A stretch of DNA of 64,000 bases from a virus (Duplodnaviria; Caudoviricetes), in IMG/VR virus record IMGVR_UViG_3300042940_001591. The stretch is one strand, 5' to 3'. The position numbers were made by a program, and so were the translations under genes. The notes under the pieces were generated by a model. The model saw only the letters and a list, made by a program, of their open reading frames with translations, searched no databases and had not been told where the DNA came from. Shown one piece after another: positions 48,101-59,141 of the stretch (within the stretch, counting starts at the first letter, position 1; every line of letters begins with the position of its first letter).

Positions 48101-51100
48101 TGGGGTTGGTGTTAGTACTTGAACCGATAAACCAAATTCGCAGACGGTTGTTGGTGTCGGCGTTTGAGTTTGAGTAACTGTTGGTGTAACTGTATTTGTT
48201 GGTGTTACAGATGGAGTTATAGTTGGTGTAACCGTATTGGTAGGTGTTGGAGTTGGAGTTGGGGTTAATACAACCACTGATAAACCAAATTCACAAATAG
48301 TTGTTGGTGTTGGTGTTTGAGTAGGTGTTAATGATGGAGTAACAGTATTAGTAGGTGTAACGCTAGGTGTAACAGTATTTGTTGGTGTAACGGTGGTTGT
48401 TGGTGTTGGTGTTGGTGTTAACACAATTACAGATAATCCAAATTCACAAACTGTTGTTGGTGTTGGCGTTTGAGTAGGTGTTAATGTTGGTGTGACTGTA
48501 TTTGTTGGAGTAACTGTAGGTGTAACCGTATTGGTTGGTGTTGGAGTAACGGTTGATGTTACAGTTGGGGTTGGTGTAGGTGTTGGTAATAAGTAACAAT
48601 CTCCAGTTTCTAAAATTCTAATATTTGCAACAGGATAATAATTAACTTCGTCCTGTGAACCTTTTAAAGATTTATATGCAATTGGTTCATTTATTATGTA
48701 TATACCTTCGGTAACGTTTGAATAAATTGTATCAACAATTCCCGTACTTATGTTATATTCATCATATTGTACAAAACCATATGAATCAACAATGTATGTT
48801 GTTCCACTATAATATTCACATGGGGTAACACCCGCGCTTTGTGCAAATGATCCTTGTTCAAATGTTGTTTTATTATATGGGTTTGGTGAATCCCAACTTG
48901 TAATATTAACACTTGTAATTGTTCCTCCTGTATATGGAATATTTAATTGGACGAATTTAGTTGTTTCATTTGGTTCAATTGTAACGTTTTTTGTTGTAAA
49001 TAAAACGGTACTTCCCGTGTAAATGTTTACAGTAAATGTAATCCCAACATATGTTGGTGATACATTTCCATTAGAATCAAAAACGTTAAAATTTAAACCA
49101 TTATCATCATTATCTAAATCAGAAACTTCTTCTACATTAATAAAAAGTGTTTGTGGTTTATAATATGTAAATACATTACTATCAAAAGGATAAACTTCTC
49201 TGTATGAGGATTCATTTGCCTCACTATATGTTGTTGCAGTTAAGTTGTTATCATAAATATAAAAACCGTCAGGATTTGTTCTATTTTTTATTATACCTTT
49301 ATTAATCGTATCACCAGTATAAAATAAATTTGTGTTCCAGTTTGTTATAAGACCGTCAAAATCATTTCCAAATGATAATGATAAATCACTTGGGTTATAT
49401 GAGTCTATAAACCAAGCACTTGTATAATCAAAATCATCACCATTCAAATTATAAGTTCCACCATTTAATTGTGATGTTAAAGAATTTGTTCCTGAAAAAA
49501 TATCAGTAACAATACCATATTGAACTTTATAAAATACTAAATTATTCTTTTTATAATCTCTATAATATCCATTTAATGCTGATAGTTTACCATCAACATC
49601 ATAATATAATTTTTTATTTATTGTTATACCTAAAGAATCTGAATTATCATACCAAAGTGAAAAATAATTTGGTGACGTTTCCAATTTTAATTCATGTGTA
49701 AAATATGTTTCAATATTAATTACGCCTGGTTTTTTCTCTGCAGATATTGTATTTGTACTTAATGAAGTTGTTAAACTATCAAGATAAGCCTGTGCTTGAT
49801 TATCAGCATCTTGCTGTGATACCATTGATACGATATATCCCTCAGGGAGTGAATATGATAATGGTACAGGATTATTTAATTCACCAATTGTTGTTGAGTC
49901 TTGTCCGTCGCCAATTAACGAAATTGCACTACTACTATATAGTGTTGGATTGGTTGAGTATTTTTCAGGGAAACCAAAAACATAAGATAGAAAGAATAAT
50001 CTATGTACGTCGGTAATATATTCTCTTTTTGTTACATCATTTAGAATATCAACTTCATTATATGTTTTAATTCCGTCAACATATTTGTATGACAATTTTC
50101 TAATTGTTGATAACCCTGTTGTTGATTCATTCGGTACAAAATAGATATATCCACCATCTGAATAGTACCCACTTATAATTCCAGTTAAATCATCATATAA
50201 TTTAATAACAGAATCATCATCATTTAAGAAAGGTCTATTTGAATATCGTTTTCTAAAATATTTTGGTTTTTGTACAAATAATTTTTGTTGTGGAATTATT
50301 AAATAAACAAGTGCGGCAAAAACTAAAAGAGGCCAAATAAATCTAATTAACGTTACTGCAATTTTATTCCACACTCCACTTAATCCATTTGAAATTAGAG
50401 CCGTATTTGTGGCATCTGTAAAAAGACCTAAAGTATGAGTTTCAAAGTAATTAGCCGCAAGACCTCCTCCACCAGCCCACAATTTGAACTTATTGTCTGG
50501 CATGTATTTTTTCAAATCTGGTATGTTACTTCCACCAACATACCCTCTAGTCATGTAATTCACACAATGTTCAAATCCTGTGGCAGGTATGTGTCTTTCA
50601 TTTCCAAAATCATAAGTTGTAAATGTGTTATTATTAACATCATACTCATTTGATGTTAATCCGCTCCAACCTAACAAATATGAATAAACAGATGGTTGTA
50701 ATAAATCCGCACCATTTATTATTTTATTTAGAGTTCCAACACCAACCATTGTGGGTTGTACGTCTGCAGGTACATATCTTCTTCTTATGTCGAATGTGTA
50801 ATCCGCAGGTGGATTTGTAAAAAATTCTCTAAAGTTGGTCATTGCCTTATTTTCAGGTCCATCTATAACTTCATTAGTATGTCTTGGTCCGAATAACCAT
50901 TTTGTAACAACGTAATTTACTTGTACCCCAAAATCTCTTTTTAATAAATTACCTACTTGATAGACTTTATTCGTTGGTGAAGTCCTTACACTATCTCCAT
51001 AAAAATATGGTAAAGCTGGTGTTGCCAATAAGTCATCCATCCAAATGTAATTACCTTTTACAGAATAATTATTCGTTGAACCTGACCATTGTGATATTGG

Positions 51101-52444
51101 TATCTTAGACCAAATTTTAGTAACAAATGTTGGATTATGATACGCGTCATATGGTGAGTAGGGATTTACACCCATATCATAACCATATATCTCATTACCG
51201 CAACCAATTGTAACTTTCACATTAGTTGTGCCTCCATTGAATGATTTATTTTGACCCACAGCCAATCTAAGATTAACCATTCCACTTTTTGTAACAACAT
51301 AAAATGTTTTAGAGGTGTTAAAATTTCTTGGTCCAATTTTTATAAAAGCACCTTCACCAAGTTTATATCTTACTTTTATTAAACTATAAGGTGTTACAAC
51401 ATTATATGCGCCAGAATTTCCAGAATTATATGAATATGAAACTTCACCAATTTGACCACCATATAATCCATCAGTTATTAATAATGATACATCTTCAGCA
51501 CTATCTGTGGCGGTAACTGTTACAGGTACTATTCTATTTTGAGTTGCAGTACCCGCTAATACATTCTTAATTGCGTATTTTAATCCATTTGGTTTAATAC
51601 CTTCCGTTCCGGGTATAAAAGGGGTACTTTCAGTATAATCACTTAAATTAAACGGTATTGTTAATTCCCCTGTACCGCAACCATAACCGTCACCAAAACA
51701 GTTACCTAAATATTCAAATTTGTGTGTTGTTGAATTATAACTATATTTTGTTCTATTATTTAAATCTCCAATACTTAATGTTAAAGTTTCATTACTGCTA
51801 ATTTCAGTTTGTAAATATGGATCAACGTACCATGGTCCAACTGTAAATGGTGTATAATCGGTAATGTTTTTATTCACTAAACCAACAATTGGTGAATTAG
51901 GTAATTTTTCTCTATAATATGTAACTATTTGTGGGCAAGTTGAACAATGTTGGGTTGACGATGTAAACCCTCTACAAAATTCAGCAAAAATTAATGATGG
52001 GTTACAATCTAATTCTACGTTGATCGCTCCACTTGTTCCATCGGACGTAATAACATCTAACATAATAAAACCATTATCTTCGATATTTGCATCCATCAAA
52101 AATTGGTGATATTTTATTGTTTGTGTAGATATATTACCTAAATCATATTCATCTAATATTCTTAGAACTCCGTCTACTTTGTATTTTACTCTTACTTTAA
52201 CTTTTGTTGACCCAATATTTGGAGATATTGGTGTGAATATAAATTTTAAAAGTTTTAATACTTTTGGTATTTTAAAAACATATGTTAGTTTTAAGTCAGA
52301 TAATTGTGATCTTAATAAATAAAATGAAAGTCCACTATGTGTACCGTTTCCGGACCATGTTAAACTTTTGGTGACACCACATTCGTGTGATAGATTATCT
52401 GGTGCCTCCCCCGCTACTGTACAATTTATTTCAAATGAACTCAT
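45200..52444 (-). CDS. giant adhesin-like virion protein (TP stalk, 3 cadherin-like and 6 SprB-like repeats)
   Basis: [21 protein letters not shown]...NYESK.SY.IRVR cadherin units; [12 protein letters not shown]...GG..YTYS.DG..YQ.S.TFSNL..G.Y SprB units. Confidence 0.85.
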   Translation of the reverse strand: MSSFEINCTVAGEAPDNLSHECGVTKSLTWSGNGTHSGLSFYLLRSQLSDLKLTYVFKIPKVLKLLKFIFTPISPNIGSTKVKVRVKYKVDGVLRILDEYDLGNISTQTIKYHQFLMDANIEDNGFIMLDVITSDGTSGAINVELDCNPSLIFAEFCRGFTSSTQHCSTCPQIVTYYREKLPNSPIVGLVNKNITDYTPFTVGPWYVDPYLQTEISSNETLTLSIGDLNNRTKYSYNSTTHKFEYLGNCFGDGYGCGTGELTIPFNLSDYTESTPFIPGTEGIKPNGLKYAIKNVLAGTATQNRIVPVTVTATDSAEDVSLLITDGLYGGQIGEVSYSYNSGNSGAYNVVTPYSLIKVRYKLGEGAFIKIGPRNFNTSKTFYVVTKSGMVNLRLAVGQNKSFNGGTTNVKVTIGCGNEIYGYDMGVNPYSPYDAYHNPTFVTKIWSKIPISQWSGSTNNYSVKGNYIWMDDLLATPALPYFYGDSVRTSPTNKVYQVGNLLKRDFGVQVNYVVTKWLFGPRHTNEVIDGPENKAMTNFREFFTNPPADYTFDIRRRYVPADVQPTMVGVGTLNKIINGADLLQPSVYSYLLGWSGLTSNEYDVNNNTFTTYDFGNERHIPATGFEHCVNYMTRGYVGGSNIPDLKKYMPDNKFKLWAGGGGLAANYFETHTLGLFTDATNTALISNGLSGVWNKIAVTLIRFIWPLLVFAALVYLIIPQQKLFVQKPKYFRKRYSNRPFLNDDDSVIKLYDDLTGIISGYYSDGGYIYFVPNESTTGLSTIRKLSYKYVDGIKTYNEVDILNDVTKREYITDVHRLFFLSYVFGFPEKYSTNPTLYSSSAISLIGDGQDSTTIGELNNPVPLSYSLPEGYIVSMVSQQDADNQAQAYLDSLTTSLSTNTISAEKKPGVINIETYFTHELKLETSPNYFSLWYDNSDSLGITINKKLYYDVDGKLSALNGYYRDYKKNNLVFYKVQYGIVTDIFSGTNSLTSQLNGGTYNLNGDDFDYTSAWFIDSYNPSDLSLSFGNDFDGLITNWNTNLFYTGDTINKGIIKNRTNPDGFYIYDNNLTATTYSEANESSYREVYPFDSNVFTYYKPQTLFINVEEVSDLDNDDNGLNFNVFDSNGNVSPTYVGITFTVNIYTGSTVLFTTKNVTIEPNETTKFVQLNIPYTGGTITSVNITSWDSPNPYNKTTFEQGSFAQSAGVTPCEYYSGTTYIVDSYGFVQYDEYNISTGIVDTIYSNVTEGIYIINEPIAYKSLKGSQDEVNYYPVANIRILETGDCYLLPTPTPTPTVTSTVTPTPTNTVTPTVTPTNTVTPTLTPTQTPTPTTVCEFGLSVIVLTPTPTPTTTVTPTNTVTPSVTPTNTVTPSLTPTQTPTPTTICEFGLSVVVLTPTPTPTPTNTVTPTITPSVTPTNTVTPTVTQTQTPTPTTVCEFGLSVQVLTPTPTPTPSATPNYPPTDISLSNSSINENTATGTTIGTFSSTSLDPGDTYTYTLVAGTGDDNNGSFTITGSSLKNGFIPNYESKTSYLIRVRSTDSIGQYTEKQFTITINNVNETPYALLLSNTSQAENTASNTTIGTFSTSDVDSGDTFTYSLVAGTGDTDNASFNISGANLRNTSVFNYEAKSPSTYSIRVRTTDAGGLYHEATFTITVTNVNEAPTDISISSASISENVPTGTTIGTFSATDPEGGVMTFALHDTVNYPDNSSFTITSGVLKSAAVFNYEAQAIYYIRVRVTDSTSLTFDKTITISITDVTITPSLSVTNATCYGSTGSIVVSSVAGGTANYTYSKDGTNYQASATFSNLTAGSYDIYAKDTYGEVGSTNATVTQPSQLSVTTSSTTIPTCWTGTTGQIILSGSGSSGLYDYSISLNVDTANASRTWQTSATFNSLSSGYYYAKIRDRNTPSCISSVFGIDLARSQPSASTSVTNVDCYGNSSGTIVISSMGGGQGGPYSIKLSDVNTQSGGSYQETTTSRSYGSKPAGTYYYKIKDGQGCESDWYSVTVTQPGQITVSLAVGNHPTCWTGNTGSVVATASGGVASLTYYISTDGISYGSPQASGTFSDKPTGTYSVMVSDGGCVAFSNSVTLSKSAPTANTLAANVSCYGGSNGSITVSSPSGGSGSGYTYSRDGENYQSSGLFSNLSIGTYSIYVKDGAGCVNVITTIVITQPAEQTATITVDTFATCNGTADGAITLSSSGGVFPKTYRLYADTSAPYNTCGGTLVGTYTGVTSGSPSVSVSSIDEYGYCLEVTDANGCVTTSGVVGTTACIGNCYSIYIPTSMLTNNGQDLYIEYRKTDNTYVTRPYGDFEQAVGPGGGILINICSTISVSFRYGVSGFQFVEDVGMVIGIGGKCDNSQWCGGNDPYVAPTGGGGGGTTTYSCKAEPGGFCSDYTSPCASLGLMNCSDLEEIN
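48085..48590 (-). repeat. three ~150-nt tandem units TP-rich + CEFGLSV
   Basis: CEFGLSV-encoding anchors near 48135, 48290 and 48440. Confidence 0.85.
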
Positions 52445-52459
52445 CTACTATAATTACTT

Positions 52460-52750
52460 TTAACTTGTTTTTAGTCCGTAAATTGGTGAATTTAATCCGG
52501 GAGTATGTTTTATTTTTATTGTCTCATTAATAATACCACTATTTGACGACTTTAGGTATGTTTTATTAAAACGTTCTTCTTTTGTTGAATAATTGAAAAC
52601 GCTAACAGTAGTATCTAAAGATTGGCTAGGTGTTATGAAAAGATTAATACTATATGTACCTTCAATATCAGACACATTAAACCAAATTATTTTATCTACC
52701 TTATTAAAATTGTTCGATATTTCAGGAACTTTTAATGTTGTTATTGCCAT
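52460..52750 (-). CDS. hypothetical protein
   Basis: 96 aa ORF within the structural operon. Confidence 0.6.
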   Translation of the reverse strand: MAITTLKVPEISNNFNKVDKIIWFNVSDIEGTYSINLFITPSQSLDTTVSVFNYSTKEERFNKTYLKSSNSGIINETIKIKHTPGLNSPIYGLKTS

Positions 52751-52763
52751 TTTTCAGTTAATT

Positions 52764-55481
52764 TTATAAACATGTATAATTTTGTAATCCAACTTCACCA
52801 GTTGTTTTATTATAATCATATCCAGATTTACCTCCAAATAAACCATGTACAAAATAATTTAAATTGAATGGTAATGTACCGGCAGCATCTTGGAAAACAT
52901 AACTTGGTGGTGAAAATAAAGTAGGTCCTGGTACGTAATAGAAACTAATTGGATACCCTCCACACATATTATTATTATCTTTAACATTACTAAAATATCC
53001 AACCATATAATATTCAGCTGAGGTATCATTGTAATATATATCGGCAGGTGTTACCGTTCCTGAACATGAATCACCTTGTGAAATTGAAACTCCTTGTCCA
53101 TATCCGCTATCTTTTATTCCACAAGTTGTGAATATTTCACCAGCGGTTAATATTCTAGTTCTCCAAGCTCCAACACAACTAACCCACCCAATTGTGGTTT
53201 CTATCTCACTATTAGAAACAAATGTTATTTCTAAACAATCGTCAGTTCCGGCATTACATGAATAACCACTATATAACTCAGTGAATGACGCCAAATCGAC
53301 ATATGGTGTACCGCCGGTCAATGATTCATAAACGTAACAATCATCTATTCTGTGCATTCCCGTTGATGATATAAACTTATAAACGGTATCAGTATTAGTA
53401 TCGTATTTTATATAACCAGGATCTGTTACATTTATTTGAGTTCCGGTAATGTATGTTTTAGTAACTAAATTACTACCACAATCTAATGTACTTGGACATT
53501 CAATTTTTATTGTTAATGTATAAGGTATAAAGATGTTTTCATATGCTGTTGAATACACAACCACATCCATTGTTGTTTTTTCTTTTGTACTATAAAAACC
53601 AACAACATCTTCTTGGTAAACAACTTGTCCGAGTGTTGATGAGTATGCTTCACCTATTTTTTCATCATAATTACCCACAAATACTTCATCCGATGAATTC
53701 AATGAGGTATATGATACAGTTACAGGTACGTTACCATAAGTTTGACCAATGTCAAATTTAGTGTTTATGTATGTATAACCTGGTGATGATATAGTAAATT
53801 GATATTCCGTATTACTACATGAAACACTTTTAAATATATTACTTAAAGTTGCACAATCTCCATCTCTTTCTACTAATCTTGAATTATTTTGTGGTGATGC
53901 ACATTCTTCACCATTTTGTATACAAACATATGCTTCTGTTGAACAGTTGTCCGTACAAATATAATCTACATATGTACCTGGATTTGAGAACGTTAGGTAA
54001 TCCATATCTCCGGTAGTTGTTCCGCATGGATAATAATAAACATATACTTTACCGTCAGTACTTAAATTAATATCTCCTTGTGTGATAACGATATCATATG
54101 AAGTACATCCAGCACAATCTCTTGGTGTACTTGTTGGTGTAGGTGTAAGAGTTTTGGTTGGTGTTGGTGTTATAGTTGGTGTTGGTGTTATAGTTGGTGT
54201 TGGTGTTATAGTTGGTGTTGGTGTTGGTGTTGGTATAATTGTTCCACAATCAAGATATTCAGTCTTAACACAACGATAGTTACTCGGATTGGACGTATCT
54301 AATAGGTAACCAGTAGGGCAAGAGTAATTAGAACAGAATCCTTGACCTGCCTTAGAACCTCCAGGTAAGTAATCTCCTGTTGAGAATACTCTTGTTATCA
54401 TGGAAGTACTTGTGGCATTTGATAATTCTGATAATGTATTGTTGTAAATTTCCGCAGAAAATGAACCTACACTACTTCTATTCCAGTTTTCTAATTCAAT
54501 AATATTATCTCCAGCATTTAATTGGTAAGGGTATACGTGCCAAAACTTAAAGTTAGATTGTGGTGAATTATCCGCTTGGTCAACTATTGTTGTCCCATTA
54601 ATTTTTATTGTAACATCATTATCACCAGCAATACCGATATAATAAGTTTTTGTTTCTGTTAATGTAATTGTGGTACAAAAACTAACCATCCCCATATATG
54701 TTGGATTACCACTAACCCAAACATTATTATCATTCATTCTTGTAGACCAAAAAGTTTCTACTGTAGTTGTTGATGAACCGTCGTAAAGGGCAGTATTACC
54801 TTCAAAACCATACGTTCCACTTATTGAGTTACCCGTACCATTAAAATCATTTAAATTATAAATTCTAACTCCCCATTGACCGTAGTTTACGTTATCATCA
54901 CCAGCCGCAGGTGTGTCATATGTGTTTAAAGTTGGGTTAGTTGTAACCACTTTATAACATCCAGAATGGTCTGGTTTCATAGTATAACCTTCAGGACAAA
55001 TACATGGTGTTGGCGTTGGTGTAAGAGTTCTAGTTGGTGTTGGTGTAGTAGTTTTGGTTGGTGTTATAGTAGGTGTAACCGTTGGTGTAACTGTATTCGT
55101 AGGTGTTAATGTAATAGTTGGTGTAACTGTCGGTGTTACGGTATTTGTTGGTGTTAAAGTAATAGTTGGTGTAACCGTATTGGTAGGTGTAATACTTGGT
55201 GTAACTGTCACCGTTGGGGTAGGTGTTGGAGTTAATGGCGCTAAAGTAATATCTAACGTATTTTCACAAATAAAATCTATATTTTTAACAATAATTTTAG
55301 TTGTTTCTAATGGTACAGAAACTAAAACTCCATCATAAAAAGTTAATTGACTTAATGTTAAACCAGTGGCTGGACTATTTTCATAGTACAGAGTCGCCAA
55401 TGTAGACAAATCATCATAGTAGATGTTGTAAGGTCCATTTGCGGAGTTCCCCTGAAGTTTAACATATATATACCTTACCAT
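52764..55481 (-). CDS. virion accessory protein with PA14-like domain and TP stalks
   Basis: ITLTETKTYYIGIAGDNDVTIKING..IVD...LNAGDNIIELE PA14-like motif; two TP tracts; Cys-rich modules. Confidence 0.75.
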   Translation of the reverse strand: MVRYIYVKLQGNSANGPYNIYYDDLSTLATLYYENSPATGLTLSQLTFYDGVLVSVPLETTKIIVKNIDFICENTLDITLAPLTPTPTPTVTVTPSITPTNTVTPTITLTPTNTVTPTVTPTITLTPTNTVTPTVTPTITPTKTTTPTPTRTLTPTPTPCICPEGYTMKPDHSGCYKVVTTNPTLNTYDTPAAGDDNVNYGQWGVRIYNLNDFNGTGNSISGTYGFEGNTALYDGSSTTTVETFWSTRMNDNNVWVSGNPTYMGMVSFCTTITLTETKTYYIGIAGDNDVTIKINGTTIVDQADNSPQSNFKFWHVYPYQLNAGDNIIELENWNRSSVGSFSAEIYNNTLSELSNATSTSMITRVFSTGDYLPGGSKAGQGFCSNYSCPTGYLLDTSNPSNYRCVKTEYLDCGTIIPTPTPTPTITPTPTITPTPTITPTPTKTLTPTPTSTPRDCAGCTSYDIVITQGDINLSTDGKVYVYYYPCGTTTGDMDYLTFSNPGTYVDYICTDNCSTEAYVCIQNGEECASPQNNSRLVERDGDCATLSNIFKSVSCSNTEYQFTISSPGYTYINTKFDIGQTYGNVPVTVSYTSLNSSDEVFVGNYDEKIGEAYSSTLGQVVYQEDVVGFYSTKEKTTMDVVVYSTAYENIFIPYTLTIKIECPSTLDCGSNLVTKTYITGTQINVTDPGYIKYDTNTDTVYKFISSTGMHRIDDCYVYESLTGGTPYVDLASFTELYSGYSCNAGTDDCLEITFVSNSEIETTIGWVSCVGAWRTRILTAGEIFTTCGIKDSGYGQGVSISQGDSCSGTVTPADIYYNDTSAEYYMVGYFSNVKDNNNMCGGYPISFYYVPGPTLFSPPSYVFQDAAGTLPFNLNYFVHGLFGGKSGYDYNKTTGEVGLQNYTCL

Positions 55482-55512
55482 TATTTGTTTATATTAAATA
55501 TTTTTTTTAACA

Positions 55513-58500
55513 TTATCCACACGTTATTTTATTTATTACTAAATCATATGTTAAGAAACCTGTTGATGTTTTAGTTATTAGTTCACCGCTAACCCATTTA
55601 CCATCTAATCCCATAAATTTATAACAATTACCCACGGTTAACGTTTGTACCGACCTTAATTGTACTCCTTTCAAATATTGTCTATCTGACCTAATATCTG
55701 TAGGGTTTTTGATACTTCTAAATCTGTTATCAATGCTTGATTTTAAGAAAGCAGAATCACAAGCTCCAACTTCTATAGATTCGACAATACCTATTGAATT
55801 GACGTTGTATTTGTTTCCGTTAGGTAATAAATAACTACCTGCTCTGTAAACATTTATGTAACCACCTCTTGGTCCTTGTTGATATAATTGTGAACCTACA
55901 ACTAAAGGTGCTCCACTAGGAATAGATGTTTGTCCGATATTATATTTTAAGAATATAAGTTCATTAGTATGGTTACAAATTTCTTGTCCTGTTGGTGCAT
56001 ATAAGAATGGTGATGTTGCTTCAGTACCTATTGATTGATTACCCATCCAAATAATATTATTACTTCCTCCATGACAAGCTCCCGTATAACTAATACCATA
56101 TTGCCCCGATGATGCCACAATAGGTGTTGCAAAACTTACATCATTATCATAATTGAGATGAGTAGATAAAGTAGAACCATTGAACGCATATAACGTGAAA
56201 TTAGTTGGTCCGTTATAGAATCGTATCATATCTGACCATCCATCGTAATATCCAAAATATAATTCTTTTAATTGTGGATCATAATCACAACACATAGTAG
56301 TTACTTCAATTGTTGTTGGTTCAACACATCCACTAAATATTTGTGTTGTTGTTGGTGTTGGCGTTGGTGTTAGTGTTAATTCCAATCCAGCTGTTGGTGT
56401 AACCGTACTGGTTACAGTCGGTGTATTTGTATTAGTTGGTGTAACCGTAGGTGTTGGGGACGGTGTAATAGTTTGGGTTGGTGTATTTGATGGTGGTGGT
56501 ACCGTACAATCTGAACATGTTGAGTATTCTCCAACAATAACTCCAGAACTTTCTGGTGACATTGACGTTATTCCAATAATTGTGTAACAATTTCCATTAC
56601 TACTTCTTACAATTTGACCATAAGCAGGTCCAAAATTATTAGGTCCATTATATCTTATTACACCTGTATAAACTGATTCGTCTTCAGGAGTATATTGGTC
56701 ATCACATCTTTGTACATCATAATATGTTATTGATGGTACCAAAATTTCTGTAATATCACAATCAAATCCACAGTTTGGTGTAGATGACGGTGTAATTGTA
56801 GGTGTCGGTGTTATAGTCGCTGTTAGTGTAACAGTCGGTGTAGGTGTTGCCGTATTGGTGGGTGTTGCTGTTTGCGTTGGTGTAACAGTTTGTGTTGGGG
56901 TTGGGCAAGTAGTGACTGATGAAATATATGCATTTCCCGATACTCCAAATTCACTAATTTCTAAGATATTTGATAATCCTCCTCCCGATAAATAAAATAC
57001 GGTTGCGCTTGATGATAATGTAATTTGAATATCTTCAATTGTCCATTTTTCAGAACCATCAGGTCCTTTATATAAAAACTCTCCAGCTTCCATTGGTTGG
57101 TCCGCATCATAAATTAATATGTTGCTAGAATAACATTCAAAACAAGATGCATTTAACGAATCTTTAATACAATAACCACTACTATCTAATGGGTTAGTTG
57201 GTGTAGGTGTAACCGTTGGCGTTTGTGTAGGTGTCTCCGTTGGCGTTTCAGTCACCGTTGGTGTAACAGTATTTGTAGGTGTTACAGTATTCGTAGGTGT
57301 AACAGTATTTGTAGGTGTTACAGTATTCGTAGGTGTCTGAGTTGGAGTCTCCGTAGGTGTTTGCGTTGGTGTAACAGTATTTGTAGGCGTTTGCGTAGGA
57401 GTCTCTGTTGGCGTTTGCGTAGGAGTTTCTGTTGGTGTATTCGTTGGCGTTTGCGTAGGAGTTTCTGTTGGTGTAACAGTATTCGTAGGTGTCTGAGTTG
57501 GTGTCTCCGTAGGTGTTTGCGTTGGGGTTTCTGTTGGTGTTTGTGTTACGGTATTTGTAGGCGTTTGGGTAGGTGTCTCTGTCACCGTTGGTGTAACAGT
57601 ATTTGTTGGTGTATTGGTAGGAGTCTCTGTTGGCGTTTGCGTAGGAGTTTCTGTTGGTGTAACAGTATTCGTAGGTGTCTGAGTTGGTGTTTGCGTAGGA
57701 GTCTCTGTTGGCGTTTGCGTAGGAGTTTCTGTTGGTGTAACAGTATTGGTAGGTGTTTGCGTAGGAGTTTCTGTTGGCGTTGGTGTAACAGTATTTGTAG
57801 GTGTAACCGTTGGCGTTACTGTTGATGTTGGTGTTGGTGTTGGCACGTATTCAATAAATGCCTCTACTAAATAATTGTCTCCCGAAAATATACTTTGTGT
57901 AATTTCTAACGAATTACTATTATCAACAACAACAGATTGATCATAAATAACTGTGTTTGTTACAACATCAGTTATTTTAATTCTGTGTCTCCAATAAAAT
58001 TCACCAGTTGTAACCCACTGTGCTAAAAATATTCCTCCATCTCCACCATTAACATATGGTAGTAAATCGTAATTTGCCTCAAATTGAAGATGTGGTGTTG
58101 TTGTTGAAGGTAATGATGATGAGTTCGGATCCCAAATTTTAAATATATCTCCATTTCCGGTTATTAATCTTAATGTGAATGTACTATTATCATCAGGACT
58201 ATCTACTTCGTCATATATTTTAAGAGTAATATTTGAACTTTCCGGTGTTGGTGACGGTGATAATGTTGGCGTTACACTTGGTGTAACAGTGGTTGTTGGT
58301 GTAACTGTAGGTGTAGCAGTTGGTGTAACTGTATTGGTAGGTGTAACTGTAGGTGTAGCAGTTGGTGTTTTGGTTTGTGTTACGCTTGGTGTTATAGTTG
58401 GTGTAACTGATGCTGTTGGGGTTGGCGATGGGGATATTGAAACTGTTGGTGTTACGGTTGGTGTCATCGACATTGTTGGTGTAGGTGTTAAATTTTGAGC

Positions 58501-59121
58501 ACATTCCACCGTAACAGCTTTGATTACTTCTTGAGTAAACCAAGGTTCATTAAGACTTATTTTAATATCTTTATTGCCGTTTGTTGAATATGCCTTTACT
58601 GCGGTGCCATTAACACTAATCGGTGTTGTACTATTATCCCCCCAATGTATTGTAAATTGCAATTCGTCGAATAATCTCGTAGAATTTGCGTTTGTAGTTC
58701 CTGTTATGGAAACAACATTACAATCAACTGAATAGTTGAAATTAATGGATACGGACTGACTTTCATTTCCGATGTTTTTATCAAATCCAACCATTGAACC
58801 ATATTCATCAACTTTAGAATCTAAGAATAATGGTATTTGGTAGTTGTCATAAATTTGTGTTTTAATATATGACTCCGTACCTGTGATTGCATTCCAAGTG
58901 TTTGGTGTTGGTGTTCCCCATCTATAGTAACCAGATGCAACTGTTCCTCCGCTTACATTATAAATTGTGTCTCCAGTTGATGGTCCTACATAAGCATTAC
59001 CTGTATTTCCGGTCCAAGACATAAGTTCTTCGTTAGAGTCATACCAAAAACGACCGGTTAATGAAACCAGTTTTGTTTGTGGTATGTTTTTTCTCTTAAT
59101 AGAATGCCTTATTCTTTTCAT
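55513..59121 (-). CDS. structural protein with PKD-like domain and very long TP/ETPTQ stalk
   Basis: FTIHWGDNSTTP..AY...G PKD-like motif; more than 200 aa of TPTETPTQTPTNTV. Confidence 0.78.
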   Translation of the reverse strand: MKRIRHSIKRKNIPQTKLVSLTGRFWYDSNEELMSWTGNTGNAYVGPSTGDTIYNVSGGTVASGYYRWGTPTPNTWNAITGTESYIKTQIYDNYQIPLFLDSKVDEYGSMVGFDKNIGNESQSVSINFNYSVDCNVVSITGTTNANSTRLFDELQFTIHWGDNSTTPISVNGTAVKAYSTNGNKDIKISLNEPWFTQEVIKAVTVECAQNLTPTPTMSMTPTVTPTVSISPSPTPTASVTPTITPSVTQTKTPTATPTVTPTNTVTPTATPTVTPTTTVTPSVTPTLSPSPTPESSNITLKIYDEVDSPDDNSTFTLRLITGNGDIFKIWDPNSSSLPSTTTPHLQFEANYDLLPYVNGGDGGIFLAQWVTTGEFYWRHRIKITDVVTNTVIYDQSVVVDNSNSLEITQSIFSGDNYLVEAFIEYVPTPTPTSTVTPTVTPTNTVTPTPTETPTQTPTNTVTPTETPTQTPTETPTQTPTQTPTNTVTPTETPTQTPTETPTNTPTNTVTPTVTETPTQTPTNTVTQTPTETPTQTPTETPTQTPTNTVTPTETPTQTPTNTPTETPTQTPTETPTQTPTNTVTPTQTPTETPTQTPTNTVTPTNTVTPTNTVTPTNTVTPTVTETPTETPTQTPTVTPTPTNPLDSSGYCIKDSLNASCFECYSSNILIYDADQPMEAGEFLYKGPDGSEKWTIEDIQITLSSSATVFYLSGGGLSNILEISEFGVSGNAYISSVTTCPTPTQTVTPTQTATPTNTATPTPTVTLTATITPTPTITPSSTPNCGFDCDITEILVPSITYYDVQRCDDQYTPEDESVYTGVIRYNGPNNFGPAYGQIVRSSNGNCYTIIGITSMSPESSGVIVGEYSTCSDCTVPPPSNTPTQTITPSPTPTVTPTNTNTPTVTSTVTPTAGLELTLTPTPTPTTTQIFSGCVEPTTIEVTTMCCDYDPQLKELYFGYYDGWSDMIRFYNGPTNFTLYAFNGSTLSTHLNYDNDVSFATPIVASSGQYGISYTGACHGGSNNIIWMGNQSIGTEATSPFLYAPTGQEICNHTNELIFLKYNIGQTSIPSGAPLVVGSQLYQQGPRGGYINVYRAGSYLLPNGNKYNVNSIGIVESIEVGACDSAFLKSSIDNRFRSIKNPTDIRSDRQYLKGVQLRSVQTLTVGNCYKFMGLDGKWVSGELITKTSTGFLTYDLVINKITCG
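57195..57845 (-). repeat. long TPTETPTQTPTNTV coding minisatellite
   Basis: Includes a 62-bp perfect direct repeat at 57443-57504 and 57629-57690. Confidence 0.92.
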
Positions 59122-59141
59122 TTATTATAATTAGTTAATTA

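Noticed and set aside
57195-57845. CRISPR-like appearance of periodic repeats
   Set aside because: In-frame coding repeats without constant-length unique spacers; no cas genes.
40154-58543. Plus-strand ORFs rich in VGV/CRR (40154..40399, 54082..54279, 55054..55338, 57223..57825, 58175..58498) and alternative-frame 58220..58543
   Set aside because: Antisense or frame shadows of Thr-Pro codon repeats; no independent start signals or domains.
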